The notes beneath the pieces were generated by a model. The model had not been told where the DNA came from, ran no database searches, and saw nothing but the letters and a program-made list of their open reading frames with translations. The translations under genes and the position numbers were made by a program. A stretch of 64,000 nt of DNA from Paragordius varius (lineage: Eukaryota > Animalia > Nematomorpha), in contig OZ176054.1 of assembly GCA_964247055.1 (NCBI GenBank), positions 7,316,001 through 7,380,000 on the forward strand, in the 5' to 3' direction. Positions 1-13,250 of the stretch are shown piece by piece. Positions within the stretch are counted from its first letter, which is position 1; every line of letters starts with the position of its first letter.

Positions 1-126
1 AATAATTAGTTAGATAAGCATACTAAACGGCAAACGTAATAACTGATAGGAAGGAAGTAATTTGGGAGTATGATTAAACAAGCTACTAATTGTAATTTAT
101 ATTTTTTATATTTACTTATTATTTTA

Positions 127-3100
127 GGATGCTTGGTTCTATTAGATTTACTTTTGCCTTTGATTTATATATTGAATCAAGTTTTATCCAACGCTTAGCA
201 ATTTTGAAAATTTCCGTCAATTCTCTATGAATCCATTGATATCAATTTAATGGTGCTAGAAAAATACCTGATTTGGGAAAACTAAAAAATATTTAATATA
301 AATTTTTAGCACAAGGATTTTACAAAAATGAAAATTTATTTGGATAAATTATAAAATAATATTAAATTACCAAAGCTAAACTTTGATAACCTTTTAGAAT
401 GACTCATCCATCTAAAAAAATAAAAAAATAAATGTATTTATTGCCATGATATAATTTGATAAAAATGTAATTTTTAACAAAAAAAGTATCGAAGTCAAGA
501 TCATTAAGCAGATGATCTTGTTATTGTTCAATAAGCATTAAACATTTTGTAACGGAATTGCAATGCAATTAAGTCATTGTCAAGGTCTCATTCTCAACAT
601 ATATTATAACCGTTTTGTTTTTTATAAACCAAGATGAGAGTTTACAAAATATGTTAATATATATATAAAACAATCGTGTTTAAATCAAACTAAAATCATT
701 TATTTATATGACAAACACCTTTTCGTGTTTTAATTTGTTAGCGTATCAGTATGTGTATAGTAATATTAAACAATAGACTCATAATTTAATCAATCAACAT
801 ACTTGACTATATAAGGCCAATTATATAATGTGTCCTTGATAAGTTTACGATCAAAGATCAATTTTTTCTTTTGAAAATTATAACCAATTTATCCAAATCT
901 TTTTATATTATTAAGGGTATGCTTATTAACCAAATTTAATGGAAATATATATACTCTCTAAGTCAAATAGTTGTGTCGTAATAATGATGAAGGCTAATAA
1001 GCTAGTAAAATAAAGATTACAATAGTGAGAGATGTTCTTATAAAATTTACGTTTTATTTAAAATTGATTTCACTTCAAAAAGTTATTAATTTAATACCAA
1101 TTCACAGATATCTCTCAATGTATTAATATATAAAGGACTGAAAAGCCTTATATGTTATATTATGGTATTTTATTATTAAATAACATATTTTTAGAATATG
1201 GTTCAAAACTAGTTCTTTGATCAATTTATTAATATAATAATGTTATTTCTTTTTGTTTTAAGTGAAATATAGAAATACTTGTATATTTGGCGAATTTATT
1301 AATTAGATAGCGTATTTAAATTCTGTATTTTGACTTTTAAAACGATCCATGATAAATTGGAATCCGTTATGATTATGCATCGAACAATCCTAAATACTCA
1401 TTAAAATAATAAAATATAATTATCTATGGCCACAATAATATGCCGATAAATATTACATATAACAATTAATATTAACCAATTTTGACAAATCTGATTATTA
1501 TAACAGGCCAATCTAATGTCATAATTTTTATTTTCAAACACCTTGATGCAAGGTAAGACAAAACAACTCACATAAATTTTGAGGAAAGGTTTAAAATTGA
1601 AAATTGCATTGTTTTTTAAACAATCACAAAAAATAATTTAAAAATTTATAGCATTAAAATAGATATGCCCCGGCGCGGTTTGAGTTTCACTGATTTAAAT
1701 AAATGATTTACTTCGAGAAAGCAAAAAGCAAGTTTTGATTAGTTTTGAATGATGATTAAAGAATAAATAAAGATACACAATTAGATATAAAGCATCAAAT
1801 AATAAAACGATGTTATTCGGTATAATTATTCTGAGAGAAGATTCTAATAAATTTTGTTGACCTGTTGACAAAACCATCTTGGTATATATGATTCTGTTCT
1901 TTCATAATTTAAATTATTTCAGGAGTAAGGTGGAATGTTTTCAGTTTAAGCAAATCTCTTTAAAAAATTTATAAAATTAATTTTATTGTTGTTTTGAAAT
2001 AACTCTCAAATATTTTATATAAGGATATTCAATTATATGTCTTTATAAGCCATTAAATTAGAAAAATAAGCTTTTAAAGATGTTTTCTTTCTGTGCAATG
2101 CTAAACATAAAAAAAGATATTTGCAATTCGATTGTTTGAAGCATGTATAGACTTGAATTAAAATGTAAATTTCCTGTTATATTTGGGATTAGTAAATATA
2201 AATTAGGCGATGTTTAGTAAATTATTTGCTTTTCAAAGGTTTTGGGTATCCAACTACCCCAATTTTAATCGAAGGACTGAAATGAATAAGTGTTAAATTA
2301 AACGAACAAATCAGGACAACGTATTTTCTTATAATTTTAGAACAAAAATGCAAAAATGATCCAAATAAATTTTACATAAGTTGTGGTAAATATATCTATA
2401 TGAAAAATAACTTATGGAATATCTATGTTAATACTCTAAAAAAGAAATAAATGCCTTAAAAAATTTTAACGCTGTTAGGTATATGTTTTTTAATATTAGG
2501 ATTACATAAGTCTGATATAAAATATTAGACAAAGACGTAAAATGTTACCATAGAATGGGTATATTATTTTATAAATTATGGGCTCTAAAATGCCATGAAG
2601 CTTCATATAATCGTTCAACATATTAAATAATTTCCACTTACTTCCATAACCGATTAAACCTATGAAACAAGATATAACTCCCGGATATAACCATGATTTC
2701 CGATATTATAATTTTAGTGCTATATAAATTATATAGCATACATTATTCATTAATATATTATATTATGTCTATAATTAAAAAATAAATAATACCAATGATA
2801 AAAAATAATATTATCCACTAGATATAATTAACACTGTCTTAGGAATTAACTGAAGAGTAAAACCCTAAACAACTAAAAATAATCAAACAAACTAAATATA
2901 GCTTATATGAAAGCCGATGGTTTGAACCAGAAAATGCTTCTTTTAGTATTTTTTTAATATAAATATATACATGTTCAAACTTAGCTTTAAAAAAACTCTA
3001 AGTTTAACGTTTTCGAAAAATTGAAAAACCCTGTATATAATATGTAAAAAAGAAAGTCCTAATATTTAATTATCTTTTTCCCAAATTATGAGACTATGTA

Positions 3101-3830
3101 TATCATTCATGGTTGTAAATGTATCCATATAAAGGCGAAAATTAAGTCTAGTCATGATATGTATGAGTGGAGTCCGACCCTATGTAAAAAGCGCTACCAT
3201 ATAAAACAACGTGGCCTTGAAGCTAATTCTCACAAACTATGAGGCTGTATATCAATTATGGTTATAAGTTTTCCATATGAAGGCAATCTCATTTCGAATA
3301 GCCATTAATTAGTAGGCACCTTCCTCTAAAATCACTAATGGTCGATAATCAACTGAAAGCACAACAACAAACAAAGCCACCACATATAAATAATGTAGCT
3401 TGGAAGCATTTTTCGAATGATATGAGAACATATAAATTAATGATAGTAGGTTTTTCCTATTAGTCGAGATTTTCTTAAGTTATCATACACATGGTTAGGG
3501 ATGCATTCAATGAATGCGCCTTATAAATCGTGTTTCTGATTAAATCCTTTTCTGTTTATTGCAGAAAAAATATATTATCGATGTAACTATTGGTATTGAC
3601 TATCTAACAGCCACACATCACTGATTACAGCTGATATAAATACATCTTTATATTTTATTGATTAACACCCAGTAGTATGCTTCAAATTATATAATATCTA
3701 TTTTTTTTAAATTTTGAATAGCAATAAGGTTTTTTAAGAATGTTTTAGACATAAATAACCATAGTATTTTGTTATTTTAGTCATATAATAGAACCTTACC
3801 TCGTAGAAATTATTGTTATTGGTAGTCGAT
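127..3830 (+). pseudogene. Putative decayed multi-exon gene making up the repeat unit; product unidentified
   Basis: GT..AG intron-like segments are conserved across copies (21 nt at 2479-2499/6554-6574/12086-12106; 23 nt at 6632-6654/12170-12192; 'tttattgcag' acceptors). Protein-like stretches such as NNVAWKHFSNDMRTYKLLDFPISRDFLKLAY occur, but many stops are shared between copies. Confidence 0.35.
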
Positions 3831-6800
3831 TATCGGCAACCTGTGCCTTATTTAAACATTATGTTTTTAATACCAACACCTATTTTTCATATATTTTTAA
3901 TGGGGCTTTGGGAAATCAAGACCCGTTGGTATTTTAAATTTTAAATGCATTTATTTGTGGGAATCTTGTTTATATTTATTGTTTTATTGGTTAATTTCTT
4001 ATTTTGTGTAGATAATAATTAGATGTGTATACTAAACGGCCGTAATAACTAATAGGAAGGAAGTAATTTGAGAGTATGAATTTTAAACAAGGTAACTAAA
4101 TGTAAAAATATAACTAAATGTAAAATATATATTTTTATATTTACCTATTATTTTAAACTGCTTAGCAATTCCATTAGATTTACTTTTGCCTTTAATATAT
4201 ATATATATATTGAATCAAGTTTTATCCAACGCTCAGCAATTTTAAAAATTCCCGTCACTACTTCAGAACCATTCATATTAAATTAATGGTGCTAGTAAAT
4301 TGCCTTTGTAATAAACTAAAAAATATTTAATATAATATTTTTGGCACAAAAATTTTACAAAAATGAAAATTTATTTGGATGAATCATAAAAATCAGATGA
4401 CCAAAGCTTAACTTTGATAACCTTGTCAAACTTTTAGAATCACTCATTAATCTAAAATTTTTTTTAAAAATAATTGTATTGATTGCCATTATATAATTTG
4501 ATTAAAATGCAATTTTCAACAAAAAAAGTATCGAAGTCAACATCATTAAGCAGATGATCTTTTTGTTGTTCATGGCATAGCATAAGTATTAAACTTGTAA
4601 CTGAATTGCAATGCAATTAAGGCATTGTCAGGGTCTCATTCTCAATATGTATTACGACCGTTTTGTTTTTTATAAAACAAGTTAAGAGTTTACAAAATAT
4701 TAATATTATATATATATAAAACAATCGTGTTTAAATCAAACCAAAATCATTTATTTATATGACAAACACCTTTTCGTGTTTAATTTGTTAGCGTATTAGT
4801 ATGTGTATAGTAATATTAAACAATAGACTCATAATTTAATCAATCAACATACTTGACTATATAAGGCCAATTATATAATGTGTCCTTGATAAGTTTACGA
4901 TCAAAGATCAATCTTTTCTTTTGAAAATTATAACCAAATTATCCAAATCTTTTTATAATATTAAGGGTATGCTTATTAACCAAATTTAATGGAAATATAT
5001 ATACTCTCTAAGTCAAATAGTTGTGTCGTAATAATGATGAAGGCTAATAAACTAGTAAAATAAAGATTACAATAGTGAGAGATGTTCTTATAAAATTTAC
5101 GTTTTATTTAAAATTAATTTCATTTTAAAAACGTAGTTATTAATTTGATACCAATTCAGATATCTCTCAATGTATTTAATATATAAATGTGAATGGCCTT
5201 ATATGTTTGATTAGGGTATTTTATTAATTAATAACATATATTTATTAAATTAAAATGGTTCAAAACTAGTTGTTTGAACTTGTATATATATGGCGAATTT
5301 ATTAATTAGATAGCGTATTTAATTTCATTTTCTCTTCTCTATTGCAGCGAACTATGCTAAATCGGAATCCGTTGTGATTATCCATCGAACAATCCTAAAT
5401 ACTCATTAAAATTAAAAGACCGAATAAAATATATTTTATCTATGGCCACAATAATGTGCCGATAAATATTACATTTAACAATTGATATTAACCAATTTTG
5501 GCAAATCTGTTATTATAACAGGCCAATCTAGCGTCATAATTTTTATTTTCATACGCCTTAATGCAAGTTGAGACAAAACAACAAGGGTAACTTCAGCACA
5601 TTTGGATCGAATTTCAACGAGTTTCGTATGATCAAAACCACATAAATTTTGAGGAAAGGTCAAAATTGAAAATTGCATTGTTTTTTAAACATCACAAAAA
5701 AATAATTTAAAAATTTATAGCATAAAAATAGATATGTCCCGACCGCGGTTTGAGTTTCACTGATCTTAATAAACGATTTACTTTGAGAAAGCAAGAAGCA
5801 AGTTTTGATTAATTTTGAATGATCAAAGAATAAATTAGATAACATAATTAGATATAAAGCATCAAATATTAAAACGATGTTATTCGGTGGAATTATTCTT
5901 TGACAAGATTCTAATAAATTTTGTTGACCTGTTGACAAAACCATCTTGGTATATATGATTCTGTTCTTTCATAATTTAATACTATTATATAGTTAACCTA
6001 AATATAAAATTTACTTCAGGAGTAACGTAGTATATTTTCAATTTAAGCAGACTAATTTTATTATTGTTTCTTGATATAATAATTCTCAAATATTTTATAT
6101 AAGGATATTCAATTATATGTCTTTATAAGCCATTAAATTAGAAAAATAAACTTGATTTCTTTCTGTGCGATGCTAAACATAAAAAAGATATTTGCAATTC
6201 GATTGTCTGAAGCATTATAGACTTGAATTAAAATGTAAATTTCCTGTTATATCTAGTTAATTATTGATTAATAAATATAAATTAGGCGATGTTTAGTAAA
6301 TTATTTGCTTTTCAAAGGTTTGGGGTATCCAACTACCCCAATTTGAATCGAAGGACTGAAATGAATAGGTTGTATCCAAGTGTTAAAAGAACCAATCGGG
6401 ACAAGTGGATATCACAGCCAGGTATTTCCCTTATAATTTTAGATCGAAAATGCAAAAATGATTCAAATAAATTTTAAATCGGTAAATATATGTATTTACA
6501 GAATACTGTAAAGAAAAAAAATAGGATGCCTTAAGAAATTTCAACGCTGTTAGGTATATTTTTTTGAATATTAGGATCACATAAGTCTGATATAAAATAA
6601 TAGCCCAGGATAAAATTTTACCATCGAATGGGTATATTATTTTATAAATTATAGGCTGTAAAATGCCATGATCCATATAATCGTTAAACATATTAAAAAT
6701 TTCCACTTACTTCCATAACCGATCAAATCGGTGAGAGAATGCACCAACATAAAAAAATATGAAACAAGATACGAATTCCGGAATACTATAACCATGATTT

Positions 6801-8688
6801 CGGATATTATAATTTTAATGATATATATAAATTGTTTTAAATGCATAATAATTTATTAATATATTATATTATATCTATAATTAAAAAAGAAATATTATCA
6901 AAAAACTTTGAATCCTCTTCATATTTCTTTTTGTGGTCTGAGCCTAAAATTTACCCTATCCTTAAAATCCTATGTATGAAAAATATACCGCATCCAATGA
7001 TATTTATAAAATAATAATATCCACGAGGTATGATTAGAACTGTTTTTTGTAAGAATTAACGGAAGAGAAAAACCCTAATAACTAAATATAATCAAAACTA
7101 ACAAAATAAATATAGCTTATCTGAAAGCCGATGGTTTAAACCACAAAATGCCTCTTTTAGTATTTTTAGGTGTTTAAAATTTGCTTTAAAAAAACCTAAA
7201 GTTTAATGTTTATACCCATATTTTTTTTCCTTCCAAATATTTTAATGACATAATTATATTCAATAGATAAAGTTGAAAACGCTTTATTAAATGATATTAT
7301 TATAATAACTCTTTATTATAAAGTTATATATGATTTTCTGTCTATTTTCTTTTGTTTTGGAAAAATGGAAAAACCCGTAATATCTCAAAATTCCAATTGG
7401 GGGGATAATTTTCAGATTTCGGTTTTAGAATATTGAAATTAGTCTAAAAAATTTTGAGTGATGATGATTGAAAAAGTCCAAATTCGTCGACTAGTGTTAT
7501 GGGCGAGCCACTTTTTTATCAGTCTCCATCCCTTGTAAAAATAGGTTTTTGTTAGACAGCTTTGCGGAAAACGTCAGGACCCACACAAATTCAATATTTT
7601 TTATTTTTGTTAAAGGCCCTAACATACTAGCTTACATTTAAAAGTCAGGCCCTGTATTTAGCCCCCCCATGTAAATAAAATTTTGCACATGTTTCTTTTT
7701 CCCAAGTAATGGGACTATGTTTTTCAATCATGATTATAAATTTTCCCATATAAAGGCGAAAATTAAGTCCAGTTTCAATATGATTGAGTGGAGTCCGACC
7801 CTATGTAAAAAGCGCTACTATATAAAACAACGTGGCTTTGAAGCTAATTCTCACAAGCTATAAGGCTGTATATCAATTATGGTTATAAATTTTCTATATG
7901 AAGGCAATCTCAGCTTTTTTACGAATAGCCATTAATTAGTATGCCCATTCCTCTAAAATCACTAATGGTCGATAATCAACTGCAAGCACAACAACATACA
8001 AAGCCACCATATATAAATGTAGCTTGGAAGCATTTTTCGAATGGTAGAACATAAAAATTGATGATATTATTTTTTTCCAATTAGTCGAGATTTTCTTAAG
8101 TTATCATACATATGGTTAGGGATGCACTCAATGAATCCACCTTATAAATCGTGTTTCTGATTAAATCCTTTTCTGTTTATTGCAGAAAAATATATTATCG
8201 ATGTAACTAATGGTATTGTCGACTATCTAACAGCCACACATCACACATATTTATATTGTATTGATTAACACCCAGTAGTATGCTTCAAATTATATAATAA
8301 TATCTGTTTTTTAAATTTTGAATAGTAATACGGTTTTTTAAGAATGTTTTAGACATAAATAACCATAGTATTTTGTTATTTTAGTCATATAATAGAACCT
8401 TACCTCGTAGAATTTATTGTTGTTGAGCTTGTAGTCGATTATAGGGAACCTGTGCTTAATTAAACATTATGTTTTTAATACCTACACCTATTTTTCATAT
8501 AATTTTAATGGGGCATTGGGAAATCAAGACCCGTTAATATTTTTAATTTTTAACTAAATTTATTTGTGCGAATCTTGTTTATAATATATTGTTTAATTGG
8601 TTGATTTCTAATTTTATGTATAATATTAGATATGCATATTGAACCGCAAACTTAATATCTGATAGGAAGGAAGATTTCAGAAATTTAA

Positions 8689-10327
8689 CACTTGGATACA
8701 ACACATTCATTTTAGTCCTTCGATTCAAATTGGGGTAGTTAAATACCCCAGGCCTGTTTAAAATTAAATTATTCAAAAAATATGGAAGGAATCAAAAACA
8801 TGGCAAAATATTGCACCTATATAACATAAATAAACCGAAATATGAAAAAAATTATTCAAAAATACTTGATATAACTTATTTTAGGCTAAAATCGAAAGGT
8901 AAAAATTTAGTGAGCGTGACATGTGTGCAATGGTAAAATTGAAAAATAATACAAAATAAACAGCTTTTTCCATTTCTATCAGTGTTAGATGTAATTTAAA
9001 TAAAAGTTTTAATTTTACCCTTAAAATTAAATGAAGACGATATTTTGCAAAAATTTTGTAAAATCAAAATGGCGTCGAAGTAGTATGACATGGAAATTTT
9101 TTTCAAAACAAAAATTTATTTCGATATCTTGGCATATTTATAAAATTACTAGCGTAAATCTCGTGCTGCTACGCAGCCCGAGGAAGTCCTTCGGACTTCT
9201 GGGGGGTTATTTGAAAAAAGAGACAATAAAATGATCTACATATGTGGATTATTTCGAAAAATTATTTAATAGCTATGATCTCATAGGAATCTTAAAACGG
9301 TGCATTCATACTAATTTATTGTTAACTTGGGGGAAAAATAGATTTAAAAAATTATATTTGTGGACTTTGTTTTTTGAAAAAATGGCATTTTACAGGGGGA
9401 GCGGGTAAAAAGAGGGCCTAAATCAAAAAAGTGAGTCGACTATGTTCAGCGCGATCAAAAATAAGTAAACAAAAATCATATTTGAAATTGAATGGTCCAA
9501 CACGTTCTCCAAAAAATTGACTTAACCCATTTTTCACACAGGGTGGGCCCGAACTGGGGACCTAATTCCAAAAAAGGGCGAAGCTATTGTCGGGGCATTC
9601 ATTAATGATTATATTTTTTCGATATTTGGATTTGAATGGGTTCACCGGTTTTCCGGAAGATCACAAAGTTACATGAGAAATCAGTTTTTCGCGGGTGGCT
9701 CCTTACCCAGCAGCTATCATCAAAGAAACGCTTGACTAAAATTTTTGCCTTTTAACAGGGAATACGTGGAATCCATAATGAATTTTTACGGTCTCATGTC
9801 TTGGTCGAAAAAGAGATTTAAAAAAATATTTTTGTGGACTTTGTTTTTTGAAAAAGGTGGCATTTTACGGGGGGAGCGGGTAAAAAGAGGGCCTAAATCA
9901 AAAAGTGACCCGACTATGTTTGGCGCAATCGAAAATAACTAAATAAAAATCATATTTAAAATAGAATGGACCAACACGTTCTCCGGAAAATTGTCTCAAA
10001 GACACGATTTTTGTGGACTTATGTTTTCAAAAAAAACCCGTTTTTCACACGGGGTGGGCCCGAACTGGGGGCCTATTTCAAAAAAAGGGCGAAGCTATTG
10101 TCGGGGCATTCATTAATGATTATATTTTTTCGATGTTTGGATTTGAAAGAGTTAACCTGTTTTCCTGTACAAGATCACAAACCCAGCATTTTCCATTTTT
10201 ATAAATATATAGATTATTAGGATATAAGCATAAATATAAATTAGGACCGTTTCCTTCAGTAGTTTTTTTTAAAATCCTAATTTAAATTTAGTCTGGGGTG
10301 TTTAGATACCCAATTTAAATGGAAGTG
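8689..10327. mobile_element. Non-autonomous piggyBac-like MITE (~570 bp body) with a TTAA target duplication, interrupted by a Helitron
   Basis: ttaa|CACTT...AAGTG|ttaa. The subterminal inverted repeat CTTCGATTCAAATTGGGGTA..TACCCCAG is present. The body matches 36394-36950. Unit 2 has a single TTAA at the equivalent position. Confidence 0.85.
9149..10213 (-). mobile_element. Non-autonomous Helitron (~1065 bp) with an internal ~480 bp duplication
   Basis: On the minus strand it begins TCTATATAT and ends GCTGC-gta-GCAGC hairpin, 12 nt, then CTAG. It is inserted between A and T with no TSD. A second hairpin (GAAGTCC-ttc-GGACTTC on +) lies at ~9185-9201. Segment 9340-9660 resembles 9820-10150. 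Confidence 0.85.
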
Positions 10328-12899
10328 TTAAACAAGGTAACTTAATGTAAAATATATTTTTTTATATTTACTTATTATTTTAGGCTGCTTGGCAATTCCA
10401 TTAGATTTACTTTTGCCTTTAATTTATATAATGAATCAAGTTTTATCCAACGCTCAGCAATTTTGAAAATTCCCGTCACTTTTCTATGAATCGATTGATA
10501 TTAAATTAATGGTGCTAGTAAATTACCTTTGTGGATAAACTAAAAAATATTTAATATATAATTTTTAGCATAAAGATTTTAAAAAAATGAAAATTTATTT
10601 GAATAAATCATAAAAAATATTAGATGACCAAGGCTAAACTTTGATAACCTTGCCAAACTTTTAGAATCACTCTCCCATCAAAATTTTTTTTTAAAATAAT
10701 TGTATTTATTGCCATTATATAATTAGATTAAAATTCAATTTTGAACAAAAAAAGTATCGAAGTCAACATCATTAAGCAGATGATCTTTTTGTTGTTCATG
10801 GCATAGCATAAGTATCAAACATTTTGTAACTGAATTGCAATGCAATTAAGGCATTGTCAGGGTCTCATTCTCAATATGTATTACGACCGTTTTGTTTTTT
10901 ATAAAACAAGTTAAGAGTTTACAAAATATTAATATTATATATATATAAAACAATCGTGTTTAAATTAAACTAAAATAATTTATTTATATGGCAAACACCT
11001 TTTCGTGTTTTAATTTGTTGGCGTATCAGTCAAAGTATAGTAATATTAAACAATAGACTCATAATTCATCAATCAACATACTTGACTATATAAGGCCACA
11101 ATTATTTGATGTGTCCTTGATAAGTTTACGAGCAAAGATCATCTTTTCTTTTGAAAATTATAACCAAATTTTCCAAATCTTTTTATGTCTAATATTAAGG
11201 GTATGTTTATTAACCAAATTTAATGGAAACATATATTCTCTTTAAGTCAAATAGTTGTGTCGCATTAATGATGAAGGCTAATAAACCCATAACTAGTAAA
11301 ATAATGATTACAATAGATGAGAGATGTTCTTATAAAATTTACGTTTTATTTAAAATAAATTTCACTTTAAAAAGGTATTATAAATTTGATACCAATTCAC
11401 AGATATCTCTCAATGTATTTAATATAAATGACTGAAAGACCTGTGTTTATTTTATGGTATTTTATTAATAAATAATATATTTTTTGAATTAAAATGGTTC
11501 AAAACAAGTTTTTTGATCCATTTATAAATACCTAATATGTTATTTCTACTTGTTTTAAGTATGACGAAATATAAAAATAATTGAATTTGGCAAAATTATA
11601 TTTATTAATTAGATGGCCTATTAAAAGTCGTTATATAATTAAAAAACAAAGGTTAAATCACCTTATATATATTTAATTATGGTATTTTATTAATTAATAA
11701 TATATTTATGGAAAATTTTTATAAATATATGATTACGAAAATTACACTGCTCAACAAGGTTTTGCACCACGCCATTTTATTGCATTTTCTGTTACCTAAT
11801 GGCATAGAAAGGCCAAAACAAAAAATAGGCCGCCAATAATTTTTTTATTTTGTATTAAATTAAAAAAAACAATAAATAATTTAACGAACAAGTCGATACA
11901 AGTGGATTCCACATCCAGGTATTTTAATTATGATTTAGAACAAAAATGCAAAAATGATCCAAATAAATTTGCATCAGTTGTGGTAAATGTATACATAGGA
12001 AAAATAACTTACGGAATATCGATGCTAATACTCTATAGAAAAAAAGCATTTGAAGACTTAAATAATTTCAACGCTGGTTTTTTAGGTATATATTTTTAAA
12101 TATTAGGATCACGTAAGTCTGATATAAAATATTATCGCAGGAGCTCGTACAAAAGTGACCACCGGATGGGTATATTATCTTATAAATTATAGGCTCTGAA
12201 ATGCCATGAAGCTCCATATAATTGTTAAACATATCAAAAAATTTCCTCTTACTTCCATAACCGATCAAATCGATGAGAGAATACACCAGCATACAAAAAT
12301 ATGAAACAAGATATAACTCCCGGAACACTATAACCATGATTTCGGATATTATAATTTTAATGCTACATAAATTATTTTAAATGCATACAATAATTTATAT
12401 AATTAAAAAATAAATAATATAAAATAACTTTATCTTCAATTTCTTTTTGTGGTCTGGGCCTAAAATTTACCCTCTCCTTAAAATCCTATGTATGAAAAAT
12501 ATACGCAACCAATGATATATGATGAAAATTAATAATATCCACTAAGTATAATTAACACTGTTTTTTGTAAAAATTAACGGAAGAGAAAATCCCTAACAAC
12601 TTAAAATAATCAAACTAACATAATAAATATATCTTATCTGAAAGCCGATGGTTTAAACCACAAAATGCCTCTTTTAGTATTTTTTTAATATAAATATATA
12701 AGTGTTTAAAATAAGCTTTAAAAAAACCCTAGATTTTAACGTTTATACTCGCACTATTTTCCCTTCCTAATATTTAAATGACATATTTATATTCAATAGA
12801 TAGAGTTTAAAACGCTTTATTAAATGATATTAATTTTATTATATTAACAACAACTCTTTATTATAAAGTTATACATAATTTTCTGTCTATTTTCTGTCT

Positions 12900-13250
12900 A
12901 TTTTCTCTTGTTTTTGAAAAATTAGTAATATCTCAAAATTCCGATTGAAGGATCAAAATTTTTTTCAATTTCGGTTTTAGAATACTAACATTAGTCTAAA
13001 CTATTTTGAGTGATGTCGAAAAAAACCAAATTCGTCGACTAGTGTTATGGGTGAGTCACTTTTTTATCTATCTATCATCCCGTGTAAAAATAACTTTTTG
13101 TAAGACAGCTTTGCGGAAAACTTCAGGACCCACACAGGTTAATATTTTCATTTTTGTCAAGGCCTTAACATACTAGCTTACTATTTAAAAGTCAGGCCCT
13201 TTATTTGGACCCCCCCTGTAAATTAAATTTTGCAAAAAAGAAAGTCCTTA
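12900..13250 (+). mobile_element. Old fragment related to the Helitron internal repeat; also present at ~7370-7700
   Basis: 'aggccct..ttt..cccccctgtaaa..ttttgcaaaaaagaaagtcc' aligns by eye to the reverse complement of 9360-9560. Confidence 0.5.

Noticed and set aside
1695-1877. Minus-strand ORF MVLSTGQQNLLES, also at 5660-5944
   Set aside because: It recurs only because of the tandem repeat, its length is not conserved, and the splice-like signals in the unit point to the plus strand.
9745-10220. ORFs inside the Helitron
   Set aside because: No Rep or helicase motifs; these are chance frames in a GC-richer internal repeat.
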